Below, in pieces: positions 19,754 through 33,660 of a stretch of DNA of 64,000 bases. The DNA is taken from contig NW_026782466.1 of assembly GCF_031769215.1 (NCBI RefSeq), positions 558,001 through 622,000 on the forward strand. The letters are read 5' to 3'. The notes below the pieces were generated by a model that did not search any database, was not told the origin of the DNA, and saw only the letters and a list, made by a program, of their open reading frames with translations. The position numbers and the translations under genes are program-made. Numbering within the stretch: position 1 is the first letter of the stretch; every line of letters begins with the position of its first letter. Source of the DNA: Ylistrum balloti. Its lineage: Eukaryota.

Positions 19754-20040
19754 ACAAGATGTGTTTATGAAACACTATGCCCTCGGTTGCAACAACATTC
19801 AAAATTGAAACATTAAATTGTACTGTGTACGGCATGTGCTAATTGCATTCACAATTTTCAAATGTAGGTCAAAGGTTATGGTCAAGGTCACATTGTAAAA
19901 AAGGAACAAGGAACACATACGCCAAAACGTAAAGCCTTATCTTTTATGGTGCAATAGTTATGGGCAATATTAAAGTTGACAACATACAAACAAAATCAAA
20001 CAGACTGAGACAAACAAATAGACAGCACAAAAATCCTTAA
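19754..20040 (-). mobile_element. Decayed HINE of a second family
   Basis: End AACAAGATGTGTTTATGAAACACTATGCCC, internal GGTCAAGGTCAC, and a degenerate (GACA)n microsatellite near the other end. Confidence 0.6.
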
Positions 20041-23000
20041 AAAATTCAATCAGTGTTAAAATATTTAAATTCAAAAGGAACAACTATCTTCGTTATACGA
20101 AAGTTATTCCGCTTGAGCGTCCGAGGTCGAATATCTTTCTTCAATTTGTCGATAGTTCTGACTACAAGTAGGTTGCCTAGCTACTGACTTTTAACATCCC
20201 GAGTTTAATTTAACATGACTTACTTATCATTGGCTATCGTGTTAGATATTGGATGTTTCAATGTCCATTTCGAGACGATGGCGTTAGGTTATCGAGTTTA
20301 TTGAGATACTTGCGAGGCAATTATGTTCGGATGCTTAAAGTCATGACACAACTTGGTTTAGATTGATTTGTCGTGGAACTGGAAAAATTTGAAGTTGTGA
20401 TATTCAAGAAATTACACCTCAATGCATACTTGGATACATTACAATTTTTGTATACATTAAGACGGCATACTGAAGAAAGTACATGCGAGACAATTGTATC
20501 AAGCTGGATGCTTTAGACAAATTAAGATTGAATTCTTGATAAGTTACGCCTACATATTTCAGATAATTATGATTAGCTGTTTGAGACAAGAATGTTCGGA
20601 CAACTGTACAAGGTTACGCGCAAAAATTATGTTTTGATGTTCGAGATAATTATGTAGGATATCTGGTTGGATAAATTGTATTTTAAAGACAGTTTATAAG
20701 ATAGATATCCTTGATAAAATGAGTGTCTATTTCGAAGCCGGAAAGTGTGACATTCCTGGATTAACAAAATCTCCAGGGAGCCTTCTAACATTCCCGGACG
20801 ACCATCATCTCCCAGGGTGCCCCATACAGTTCTGAGCGACATGGCTCTATCTTCCATTCAACGACTTCATCTTGAAATTTAATTGACTTTTTCGCTGGTA
20901 CGTGCGAAAAGACTGTCCTATCGTCTTCAAGTGTCATACAAATACAGAAGTAGAAAGTGTTATCGCCAATAAATCTCTTTCTAAAATCCCAGGAAGTGGA
21001 CAGGAATCTCAAACAAGGAGCTCGTGGGGTGTTTCAGATAACGACTGTTCTGATTGGGTACGTGCTGTTCTATAAAGCCATTCAAAAAGGTGATAACAAT
21101 GTGTGGTTTCGGTAGGGATATTATAGATAAAACACGTTATGATTGGTCGTACATTGTAATGATTAACCATTCAACGAGCTGATACCATGTATGTCAGACG
21201 TGTGCTTTAAGTTCGAGCTAATATTGACTGTATGTGACTCTTAGCCAGTCACGGAGTCTGGTGTTGTTGACTTTGTGTTGACGATAAAAGGTACCCTGGG
21301 TGGACAAATACCCCCTGCCAGGGCTGGGTACGTAAAATTAGACTTACAATTTTTCATGTTTACCTGGGGTTAGACTGAGGACGAAATGGTATTGCCTCCT
21401 TAGAAATGATACCATTGTCTGACCTTGACCGAATAGTGTTCCCTTGTTGGTCGTGCACTAGGTGGCACCAAATCTTCTTTTAACCCAACAGACATGCTAT
21501 TGCACAATGGAATGTTGTAAAGAAATGTTATTTCCAGTGATGTTGTTAATTGTTAAAATCTTGGCAATTACAAGAGGTAAATTTCAAGGTCTAACAATAA
21601 AAATTATAACATACACATCTAATTTTTTTTATGAAATTTCTCAGAGGCAAAATTCTGATGGTGTCTTTCTTTGCCATGTCTAATACCAATGCATCGTTAT
21701 TCTGACTTTTTTTTTAATTCCTTCCTATCAATGTGCCACCCAAACATTACCGCGTGTCAAACCCTGGCGCCGGCTACAATGTCCGAACTCCAGGTATCGG
21801 TTAGATACATCCATCTACCTGTTTTATTAGTGCTAATTGCAAAGGCCTACCTTGTCCCAGGTGTATCTATTTCCTGTCCCATTGCGACAGGTAACAATTT
21901 AACAGGGATACATCACGCGCGAAAACAAGAGAATTGATCAGGAAACTTATACGACCTATTTTCTTATCCTAATTAGGGATGTTATCCATGATAACAAAGC
22001 CCCTCGCTCCATGTGCCCCCTTTCTCACAACCCGTACAATGGAGATCGCCCAATTTTCCCCGTGCTCATTATGACGCGATGTATTAATACCATAGACGTA
22101 ACCAACTGGTGCTTTTTCGCATTAAATGTTTTGTTGGCCCAAACAATAGGCAGCATCCAATGTTTTCAATACTGTTACCAACAAATTGTCCACAATTTAA
22201 TGATGCTAACAAAAGAGATCACCTGCTGGTTCACTCATCTGATGTTATCAGTGTGACTATCCTGGTTCATTTTACACCTCTCTCGAAAGCCGACTTACTG
22301 CGACTTTTCTTGACAATTTCTCATCGGTATCGTATTTTCAATGGACTGCGAGGAGATACGATTGTTGGGTTGAATACTCGGGAAGGAAACCCTAGCGATA
22401 GTCCTCAATTTCCTCCTATATTGTGTACGCGGATGGTCGCGAGTTCTATTACCGTCAGTTAAGATATGTTTTGTTAGCGATACGTTGCTACAGCCAGTTT
22501 ACAATGGGACAGCCGATGTTTTCTATCAGATCATAGATAAACACATTTCCCACGATTAATGGTAACAGTATAAACACGGACGTGAAGGAGAAGCTTTAGA
22601 ATAACAAGTACACAATATATTTCTCACCCTGTATAAGTACCGGCAAACAATCTATGGTTAGTTTTTAATCTAAATGGTAAACACTGTATTGAAGATAAAC
22701 ACTGAAAAGAGGCAGACGTAGATAGATTCAATTTTGGAATTTTCTTTTTTTTTTCAATCCAGTAAATGAAACAAACATGGAATGGACAGTAAGAATATTG
22801 TGATATCACAATACAACGGAGCAAGTTGCTTTTATGGTTCCGTAATTACACGGGTTTTGGGTACCACTGATAATATAGAAGCTTGGTACACCGAATCTGC
22901 ATAGTTACTAAATCAGATGTTCTAATTTCATATCTTGAATGACCCGACTTGTTAATAAGAACTGCATACCATTTCATTCCGGTACTACCTTCCAAACTCG

Positions 23001-26000
23001 TGTCCATCTAAATTATCACTCGAACTGACCTCGCTAAAAGGGCACAGCCTTGCTTGTACTCGTTTTGACCATAATTCTTTTATAAATACAAAGTATCATC
23101 AACTATCGTCTGGACCAGATGTCAGTAAAATCTCGCGTTATTAGTTCTATAATTGTTATAAAAAACTTTTACTGAAAACTCGACTAACACAGAATTCCAG
23201 CAATTTATATAGTAACTATAGTCAAGTTTATGTTATATGAAAATATGTTTCCAGACCGAGTCATCTGAAAAAAAAGAGTAAAATAAATATATGCATTTCG
23301 CACGTGCATATATGTATGTAAATGAGATGGTCCCAGGTACTTCCCCTTTTAATATTCCCTGGAAGTAAAACTCTGCTCGTGTGCAGACAGAAATACTGTA
23401 TACTCTTAAAATATACCTGCAGCTGTGGTGATGTCACGCCCTGGTGACAGTGCTGTGCTTACTCAAACGATGGACCGTCCGCCTACGCACAATATATAGA
23501 GTATACCGATAATTCGAGGAATGTCATATAAATTTTAGAAAGGAATGAAGCTGTTTAGATATTGTGTGCAGGTTGTCTTACTATAATGTACACCGTGTGG
23601 GATTGCATGTACAGCCTGTACTTAGTCCCTTCACCTGCTAAGTTTGAATACAACAGGTGTGCAGTCATTTTCACGCATAGTCTGTAGCTACTCTGTCTAT
23701 AGGTAATTTTCTGGAGTTCGAATTTCTGTGAAATGAAAAAGATTTTTATTCAAAATCCAAGAAATCCACTATGATTTTGTTTTTTTATAAATTCTCGGGG
23801 CATTTTTAGAACTAAGCGTCATTTAAAACACTACTTTGGGAGACTACTCTTTCAGGACAAATTAGTCACACACAAACCTTCGTTACGCAACGTTATCGTG
23901 GTTCCTTAGTAACTGTCAACTTGCGCATCCTATATCTGGAAATTCCAACTGGTAACTGTGCTAAAATATCATGGAAGATCTAATCAGATCAAAGCATTCC
24001 AAAGACAATGACATCAGCGACAATTGTGCGTTTGTCACAGATCAATATTCAACGCCTTTGAAATATAACCACATGGGACTCACTTCAAATTAGAATTGTA
24101 TAGATTTCTTTAATAAGTACGTGCACGTGAGTATTAAGTGCCTCTAAAATATATATGTGTATCAAGTCTAGATGTCGAACTATCCTCCAGGGACTACATT
24201 AACGCTAATTGGGTCGTCTACTTTCTGACACGTGACGAAAGTGTACCGTGCTCACTCAGGTGTGTCCAGCCTCTGCAGCTCATTTACACGGGTTTCCAAT
24301 TTTGTTCGTGGTGCATAGAATATTTATAGATAAAAGAAAAAATTATCTGTTGCTCATTTTTAGTTAAGATATTAACAATTTTGAACATGTTCTATATGCA
24401 TTTCCTGGTAAATTTTAGTATTTATGAAAATATTTTGGTATATAAATTAAGTTTTCTGTAAGCTGAGTTGGCATTTGAACACCAGAACTAAACTCACAAC
24501 CAGGTAATGACACACAGACAGAACTGCACGTTGTAGTAATATCCTGGACGTGTAGATGTCACGAGACCATACCTATTGAGAAAACTGGCTTCCGATGGCC
24601 AGGTTTTCTGGTCTTGCGGGTGACTCGAGAAATTGTATTGATATAAAACTATGTTAAAACGATATATGTTTTAACTAAATTTTAAAGCACTTTGAGAACT
24701 GTTCGTTTTTATTCCGTTGGTAGTGTCGTTCTTTCAGTCATCGTCACAATTGTTATACTGTTATACTGTCGTGTTGACAGAACGAAATGCCATACTGTCT
24801 TCAGAATAAAAAAAATATCAAAGATATATCTTTGTATTCGAACAAGGTAACAAACATGATATATACCTTCTAAATAATTTCGACTTTCTGTTTGGAGTCT
24901 TAGTGAGGCATTTAACTTTAGTAAAGCTACACTTTTGGCGCTTAAACCTTTTGGTTTGTGTGTCTTTTGATACTTTTTTTAAAAGGTCGTGTTGACCGCA
25001 GACAATTCTCTAGCGTTGACTGTCCAAGTGTTAAGTCAACTCCGCCCCTTAATAACTAGGTATGATAGTACCTCGATTGAAGCCCCTCCCCGGGGCTAGC
25101 AAGACACGACGAGCTCTAACAATAAGTATTTGATGGAAAGGATTACACATTGAATCTCTGGGTCATTTCTTTGCCGTTAATAAGAGATAAATCAGTTTTA
25201 CAGACAATCTACCGTGAAGTTTGGAAAGTTTAAGCTCAATAGCCAATTGTCCCAATTCTACACCAGTTACACAAGTTTAAATATTGCTCTTAGTGTAGAG
25301 ATCCAATGCACTCATGCATTATTCATGTACATGTATCTGGTTCAGTGAAATTTCATTGTCGGTCCACGCGAGTTGTAAATTTTGAACTTAAAGTTTGAAA
25401 AAGGTTTTTTTTTCGTATAAAATAAGGTCAAAATGTCGCCATTCTTAGCTTTCAAAATAAGCATCTGCCTTAGTACTAAATTCCGTTTGCTGAATTTGAT
25501 TGGGTAATAGGTCGGAAGACACACAATTTATAATATCATTAATCATTTTTGTCGTTATTTTTTGCGATGTAGTGTTTAAATAAACCATTTATCTATATCA
25601 TTTATTGGTGTGATATTGATTATTCATGTATATAAGTGATTGTTGGAAATAGTGGATAAAATTAGAGGAAGTGTTTAATATGACACCTATCTATATAACG
25701 TCAGACAAGCCACACACAATGTCGAGACACCAGAAGTGCCAGGAGTGTCTATAGACATCACTAATTGACACAAATGGTCAAACATGGATATATATTTCCC
25801 CTGAATGAATACACCTATTGGCCGAAATTGGTCGGAGAAGTGCCCAATGGCCACTGGAAACATTAAACCCTCGGGTAGATACATATTTATGAATGAACAG
25901 ATGACCACACTAGCAGTTTACGTCACTTGTCCAGACCATCAAAACGAGCACTAAATCAATTCTTGACCGGTCCGTAACTGCACCAGGTGACATTTTAATA

Positions 26001-26096
26001 TGTACTTAATCACTGTCACACAAATAGATATCTTCTTCATTAGTCAGTCATCGTGTATCGCCAACGTCTGGTATCATTGGTCAGTAGTAGGACCAC

Positions 26097-28548
26097 TGTA
26101 TCAATTAGTGACCAGTAGTGAGGTCTCTGTATCAATTAGTGACCAGTAGTGAGGTCTAGTGCATCAATTAGTGACCAGTAGTGAGGTCTAGTGCATCAAT
26201 TAGTGACCAGTAGTGAGGCCTAGTGTATCAATTAGTGACCAGCAGTGAGGTCTAGTGTATCAATTAGTGACCAGTAGTGAGGTCTAGTGTATCAATTAGT
26301 GACCAGTAGTGAGATCTAGTGTATCAATTAGTGACCAGCAGTGAGGTCTAGTGTATCAATTAGTGACCAGTAGTGAGATCTAGTGTATCAATTAGTGACC
26401 AGTAGTGAGGTCTAGTGTATCAATTAGTGACCAGCAATGAGGTCTAGTGTATCAATTAGTGACCAGCAATGAGGTCTAGTGTATCAATTAGTGACCAGTA
26501 GTGAGATCTAGTGTATCAATTAGTGACCAGTTGTGAGATCTAGTGTATCAATTAGTGACCAGTAGTGAGATCTAGTGTATCAATTAGTGACCAGTAGTGA
26601 GGTCTAGTGTATCAATTAGTGACCAGTAGTGAGGTCTAGTGTATCAATTAGTGACCAGTAGTGAGGTCTAGTGTATCAATTAGTGACCAGTAGTGAGATC
26701 TAGTGTATCAATTAGTGACCAGTAGTGAGGTCTAGTGTATCAATTAGTGACCAGTAGTGAGGTCTAGTGTATCAATTAGTGACCAGTAGTGAGATCTAGT
26801 GTATATCATTTAGTGTATCAATTAGTGACCAGTAGTGAGGTCTAGTGTATCAATTAGTGACCAGTAGTGAGGTCTAGTGTATCAATTAGTGACCAGTAGT
26901 GAGGTCTAGTGTATCAATTAGTGACCAGTAGTGAGGTCTAGTGTATCAATTAGTGACCAGTAGTGAGGTCTAGTGTATCAATTAGTGACCAGTAGTGAGA
27001 TCTAGTGTATCAATTAGTGACCAGTAGTGAGATCTAGTGTATCAATTAGTGACCAGTAGTGAGATCTAGTGTATCAATTAGTGACCAGTAGTGAGGTCTA
27101 GTGTATCAATTAGTGACCAGTGGTGAGGTCTAGTGTATCAATTAGTGACCAGTAGTGGTGTGTTGTGTATCAATTAGTGACCCGTAGTGAGATCTAATGT
27201 ATCAATTAGTGACCAGTAGTGAGATCTAGTGTATCAATTAGTGACCAGTAGTGTGGTCTCTGTATCAATTAGTGACCACTAGTGAGGTCTAGTGTATCAA
27301 TTAGTGACCAGTAGTGAGATCTAATGTATCAATTAGTGACCAGTAGTGAGGTCTAGTATATCAGTTAGTGACCACTAGTGTGGTCTCTGTATCAATTAGT
27401 GGCCAGTAGTGAGGTCTAGAATATCAATTAGTGACCAGTAGTGAGGTCTAGTGTATCAATTAGTGACCAGTAGTGAGATCTAGTGTATCAATTAGTGACC
27501 AGTAGTGAGATCTAGTGTATCAATTAGTGACCAGTAGTGAGGTCTAATGTATCAATTAGTGACCAGTAGTGAGGTCTAATGACCAGTAGTGAGATCTAGT
27601 GTATCAATTAGTGACCAGTAGTGAGGTCTAGTGTATCAGTGTATCAATTAGTGACCAGTTCTAGTGTGTGAGGTCTAGTGTATCAATTAGTGACCAGTAG
27701 TGAGATCTAGTGTATCAATTAGTGACCAGTAGTGAGATCTAGTGTATCAATTAGTGACCAGTAGTGAGGTCTAGTGTATCAATTAGTGACCAGTAGTGAG
27801 GTCTAGTGTATCAATTAGTGACAATGGTGAGTTCTAGTGTATCAATTAGTGACCAGTAGTATCAATTAGTGTAGTGAGATCTAGTGTATCAATTAGTGAC
27901 CAGTAGTGAGGTCTAGTGTATCAATTAGTGACCAGTAGTGAGATCTAGTGTATCAATTAGTGAATTAGTGAACAGTAGTGAGATCTAGTGTATCAATTAG
28001 TGACCAGTAGTGAGGTCTAGTGAGGTGTATCAATTAGTGACCAGTAGTGAGGTCTAGTGTATCAATTAGTGACCAGTAGTGAGGTCTAGTGTATCAATTA
28101 GTGACCAGTAGTGAGATCTAGTGTATCAATTAGTGACCAGTAGTGAGGTCTAGTGTATCAATTAGTGACCAGTAGTGAGGTCTAGTGTATCAATTAGTGA
28201 CCAGTAGTGAGGTCTAGTGTATCAATTAGTGACCAGTAGTGAGGTCTAGTGTATCAATTAGTGACCAGTAGTGAGGTCTAGTGTATCAATTAGTGACCAG
28301 TAGTGAGGTCTAGTGTATCAATTAGTGACCAGTAGTGAGGTCTAGTGTATCAATTAGTGACCAGTAGTGAGGTCTAGTGTATCAATTAGTGACCAGTAGT
28401 GAGGTCTAGTGTATCAATTAGTGACCAGTAGTGAGGTCTAGTGTATCAATTAGTGACCAGTAGTGAGGTCTAGTGTATCAATTAGTGACCAGTAGTGAGA
28501 TCTAGTGTATCAATTAGTGACCAGCCGTGAGGTCTATTATATCAATTT
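26097..28548. repeat. Minisatellite, 32-bp unit (TAGTGTATCAATTAGTGACCAGTAGTGAGRTC), about 76 copies, intronic
   Basis: ATCAATTAG recurs at 26881 and 26913; no unique spacers, so it is not a CRISPR array. Confidence 0.99.
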
Positions 28549-30229
28549 ATTGCTAAAATGACAAGGTTTTATTTGATATCTGACGCCTAACGTTTTACGT
28601 GTACAACACCGATAGAAAGTCGTTCTATTTATAAATTGATTAGTTTAATTAATATCTCTATAAATTAAGTTAACTCACTAAACAAATCAATATTATATGT
28701 CGTGGACATTCCTTTCATTTTCAAATAAGTTAGGTTTTCGTAATCATTTCGTTTGAAGGTTTATCATAAAACTAAAATAGATCAGTTTTTTCAGTGATTA
28801 ATTTGATTGATCTAAATATATGTCTTGTTGATGTCTTCCCGTATACAATGGAGTGAAAACGCAGAATATGTTTGCTGTATTAATCATTGCCGTACTCAAT
28901 ATAGTCCTATTTCTTCGTGGTTCTTTATCCAGCTTAAAGCACGCAATCAGCCGTCCAGTTTAGTTACACCCTCTTTTAAGGATGGTCACGGACCAAATAC
29001 ATTTTGTTAAACATGCGGACAACTTATTGAATTTTATGGATAATCGATAATTTTTAACGTCATTATGATATTGTATGATGTGAAATTATTCCTTTCATCT
29101 TTCAAATAAGGAAAATGTGGTTTATAAATAAGTGTGTTAATTACTGACGGTGTTATGATTTTATGAATGAGTTAATGTGCTTATATGGACCAGATAACGC
29201 CATACAGTCATATCAATACACTAATTATTGTATAACTGATGTGTTTTTGTAAAATTGGTGACGACAAATTGGAAATTAAATCATTAGGGAAAAAACATAA
29301 AATCTGGTAAGATGGATATGCATTTGTCTGACGTGATTTTGATAATTAATCATAAAAATAAATGTTGATAATTGAATTGTAATAGCTTCGTTATAAATAT
29401 CCTAAACATGATTGCCACAAATAATTTTAAGCTTGCGAAGATAAGTGGATAAAAAGTTTGCTATGAGTACTGTTCAATTTGTTGATACCAAAGCTTGCGA
29501 TCATTTTTATATTTCCCTTGCAACCTTGTTACTCCTCTGGGACCTCGTTCAGAGCAGGAGTGGCCCTAACCCAAAATCTATGCGAGTTATTAAAACCGTC
29601 TATAATGCAGAACTTTGACCCTTCATTGTCCCTTAGATCAGTGGAACACCTCTAGCCGTCCTGTGAGGTGATGAGGGACATGTTCCGTTAGTTCTCTTAC
29701 ACTGTGGGCGTACAGGCGCAAACACAAAGGTCCGCCAGTTGGTGACACCGTATTGAATAGCAGTACCAATTACACCCCAAATATTGGAGCACCGATATTG
29801 AAAACAAACTCGTGAGTTGAAGAGGCTGGTCACTCTTGGTCAGTAAGGAGGTCCGTTGCTTCTCCAGAGGTGCCAATTGTCCAGGGAAGTACGACAGATG
29901 TGCGCTCTCTACGCGCCAGTGTATTGTCGCGTGCTCACGGAAGACAGATGCCCGACTTAAAGAGCTCAAAAAAAGGCCACGAAGGGTAAGTGTCCGGGTG
30001 AGGAGAGCCAATATCAGTCCGGAGGAGCTTGACCTGTAACTAACACCGTCCAACAATACAGTTCATTTCCCGTTACACTGCCCTAACCTGTAATTCAATT
30101 TCCTCAACAATATTATGGCTTAGTGAAGGTCTTCAGGTTTGGGTCAGTTCTGTGCAGCATGGCCACCCTCACTGTTGTGATACTGACGAAAGTAGCATAA
30201 TGATACGATAGCTTAATCATATACCTTGA

Positions 30230-30436
30230 CCGGACAGAAGGACAACCGGACAGTAGGACATCCGGACAGTAGGACAACAGGACAGTAGGACAACCAGAGA
30301 GAAGGACAACCGGAGAGTAGGGCAACCAGAGAGTAGGATATCCGGACAGTATGACAACCGGGCAGTAGGACATTCGGACAGAAGGAAATCCTGATAGTAG
30401 GACATCAGGACAGTAGGACAACCGGACAGTAGGACC
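30230..30436. repeat. 16-bp tandem repeat (GGACAGTAGGACAACC), about 13 copies
   Basis: Directly visible; produces spurious ORFs 30113-30421 and 30217-30405. Confidence 0.93.
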
Positions 30437-33400
30437 TAAGATATTGTGTTGGGTGAAGGAACCAGTCTCGACTGTACGAACAAATCAGGTACACGTCTTA
30501 TACTAATTGGCCATCATACGATATATCCTAATGGCATTTGCCGCCAAAAGGTTTTTGCATTCTTTTATCGACTCTGAAGCCTACACTGTACTTAAAGTAT
30601 ACCTTTAAATGATATTCACACTCTTCAGTATACTGTGATTCTAGATATCTGCATTTCGGTGTATTGCACTTCTTGATATTGTCATTTGACAATTTTCCTT
30701 CAGTTTTTCATGGTTTGACATAGAGAGGTAATTCCTCATGTACTGAGATCGTCTTTTTTCTTGCCTTATATGGTCATTCCAGTTTCTCTCAAATCTTTCA
30801 CATGGACAAGATGCCACAACCAAATATATGTCGATTCACAGTGAGAAATCTATTTTCGTCCACAAAAGCCTGCTTACTTTACGCTCGTAATTTATTTTTC
30901 TTGTACAAGTCAAGAAACTTCAAATTTCATTTTCAACAAAGTCATTTGTATGAGATCGATTACACCTGCTGGGTTTGCTCGAGTGTGTCTCGATAGATGG
31001 GCAGCCATTGTCGACACATTCTCCTGGGATACCCGATCTACCCACGGTATTAACTTACATCCTGTAAGTGCCGGCATGTTTGGCTAAGATACGTTAACTT
31101 AACATCGGTGCATTCCAATTTATTTTTCATGACGCTTCTTCGAAATCCTAAACTTAAGAAGAGTTTAAGACTGGCAAAATAGGTTAAATCTAAGAATTTG
31201 ACCATATTTTCAATGTTTTCACAAAAGACTTCATCATTTTCTTTAAAATAAATAAATGAATAAACACACAAGAGAGGTAAACAACGCTTTCCGGTTTGAC
31301 TAGGTCGGCGATGATCGTCCATTGTCTCGCGAGGTCAATAGCCAAATTCAGATATACGTTTTGCGGGGTAATAAGTTTGACTTGTAAACTCGAACCCTCT
31401 CCTGATCTAATTATATACATGGTCGGTCATTGTTGGGTATTTTATCGTATTCCAATGTCAAGTGTTTACTCTCCATCTCGTCGATGTGGGGGAGAACAGT
31501 TCGGGTAGTTTAATTGATATCAGGACCGCAGTCGTGCCTGTACAGAGATGTCCACCAATTGTTAGAGTTTTATTGTATCCAAACGTTGGTAGAATCATCT
31601 AATAGTATATTGTATCGGTTTGTATAAAGTATATGATTATATGTAGGGTGGCCTATAGAACGATCACATGTAACAACAATCACAGCGTTGTTTAAACTTC
31701 AAATGACAAAAACCTGAAACTATTTGCTTTAGTCGCAAGCAAGAGGAAGGCTTTGGAAGTCTGGAATTTATTTGAGTTCTGGTCGCAGAGATGAACGATG
31801 AAAGATTTAATCATTTGTGGTGAGTTTAGCGGATAAAACCTCCACGAATATTCCGCCATTATTTATCATATTCTTTTCAGTTATCGATGTGTTTGTGTCC
31901 AATAAGTCAAACAGTTTAATTTGACCTAAATGTACTGAGTTACCGCTGGTTTTACAAGCTCTTATTGTTGTCTCTTAAACTGATCGTACAAAAGGCCATA
32001 TTTGTACACATGAAATAGCAGCATTCTAGGTTTGGAAGGGTCGGATGGGCGTACGTGGGATTACGTGGATTGGGTTCCTGCAGACGTTCGAAATTGTCCA
32101 TGCACGTGGTCTTGTTTATTCGTTTCATTGTACAAACATGTGAATGTACTCTTTATGTTGGTAAACCTTGGACAAATGAACGTGAACATGACGGTCAAAC
32201 TGGGTATATTTATCAAACTGGGTACCTCTCAAACTGGATATACCTCCCAAAGAGGATCTCTTAAACTGGGTATACCTTTTAAATTTATCACAGCGAATTC
32301 TGACCTAACGTGGCTGAACTTAGAGTTACGAATGCGAACCTGTCGCATATTGTAAGTTGGCCTAGATAAACTAATCGGATGTTGTAGAGATCGAACAGAT
32401 GCTGGTATAATCATCACTTAAAGACTACACTGGAGGGCATGCCTTTGTGTCTGTATGTCAAGGGTACGAAGTGCGACCGGCAGGCAGTTTCCTGCACTGA
32501 GTAGCTGCATGGGAGCTGTATGAGTTCCCTATACCCCGACCTCCCGGAGAGGGATATACGCTACAATGTTACCTGTAATTAACAGGTAATTACAGGTAGT
32601 TTTACCTCTACCTGTCATATAACATGCCAATTAGCATCTATCAAGGGACATAATAACCCGGAATACTGCCCCAGTGCTGTTTTGCAGTTTAGATGATGGG
32701 TTTAATTATACACTAAAGCATAATGCGGAATATTAGTCCGCTGTTTGGTTTTGCATCTTAGATGATGCATTTAATTATATGTTTGAAGCGTGTGACGCGG
32801 AGAGTTTGAAGGCTTTATCATGCATCATTGGACACGTTTAGATAAGCAGGAAAACTAATGGGCCAGCAAAATTTGGCACAAAACACTTCATACCTGGTAC
32901 CTTTCGTTTATCCTACAACCATCTACTAAAAAATACCGAAACCCATAAAAAGTATTATTATAAATCGGCTATTCTCTACAGTACTTGCTTTATAAAACAA
33001 CCCACTCAAAATGATTGCCAGTGTACAATAAATTTAAGTATTTATTTCGACACGCCTCATTCCACACAAACTGATTTCAGCCGTGAAGATATTCCGACAT
33101 CCCCAGCGGATACAACCGTACCATAAGATTCGCTTCACATCATACGCTTTCATTGACTTATGTATTGCTTCGATGAAAAGAGAAATAATGTTTGTGTATT
33201 TCATTTGATGGTTGCTTGAAATCGTGCGATTTTATGTTATTTTATTACACTGATACTGATGTACTGTCTGTAGCTCTTTTAAACTATATGTCGGGTTTAA
33301 AAAACGTCCCTAAGACCTTTCTTTTGCTCTCTAAGCCCGGCCTGTTGCACGAGGAAGGAACTTTCATTCGGTTTAAAAAAAGTAACTTGAAATCAGTTAT

Positions 33401-33499
33401 TATGTATTTAAAATGACTTGTTCGTTATTATCTACATTTAAAAAGTACATATATGGTGTATATATAAAATTTTGCAAATCAAACTGTTTCTGTTCAACA

Positions 33500-33660
33500 T
33501 GTAAAGGATTTCTGTTCGTTCTTATAAATTGTGGCATACACTCCATGATGGCGCACGTGTAGTCTGTTGTTACATGCATTCCGAGCTGTCACAGTCGGAT
33601 CAACAACCTGAAACTCAGGAGTATGTAACAATAATTTTCGAAAAACCAATATAATGTGTC
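33500..33660 (-). mobile_element. Decayed Penelope-like RT C-terminal fragment
   Basis: Translation RKLLLHTPEFQVV...RHHGVY resembles the remembered mollusc Penelope tail RKLL.Q.F..VKL.SSL.KFYGRHH.LV..Y. Confidence 0.38.

Noticed and set aside
20630-21010. GC-richer stretch with protein-like translation (IDILDKMSVYFEAGKCDIPG...)
   Set aside because: In-frame stops, no recognisable family and no convincing splice pair; probably old transposon debris.
26097-28548. CRISPR-like regular ~32-bp repeats (also 2020-2328 and 9244-10148)
   Set aside because: Units are head-to-tail with no unique spacers, there are no cas genes, and the context is eukaryotic and intronic.
32195-32280. Four copies of AAACTGG(G/A)TA within ORF 32032-32355
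   Set aside because: A short local duplication; the ORF has no family similarity.
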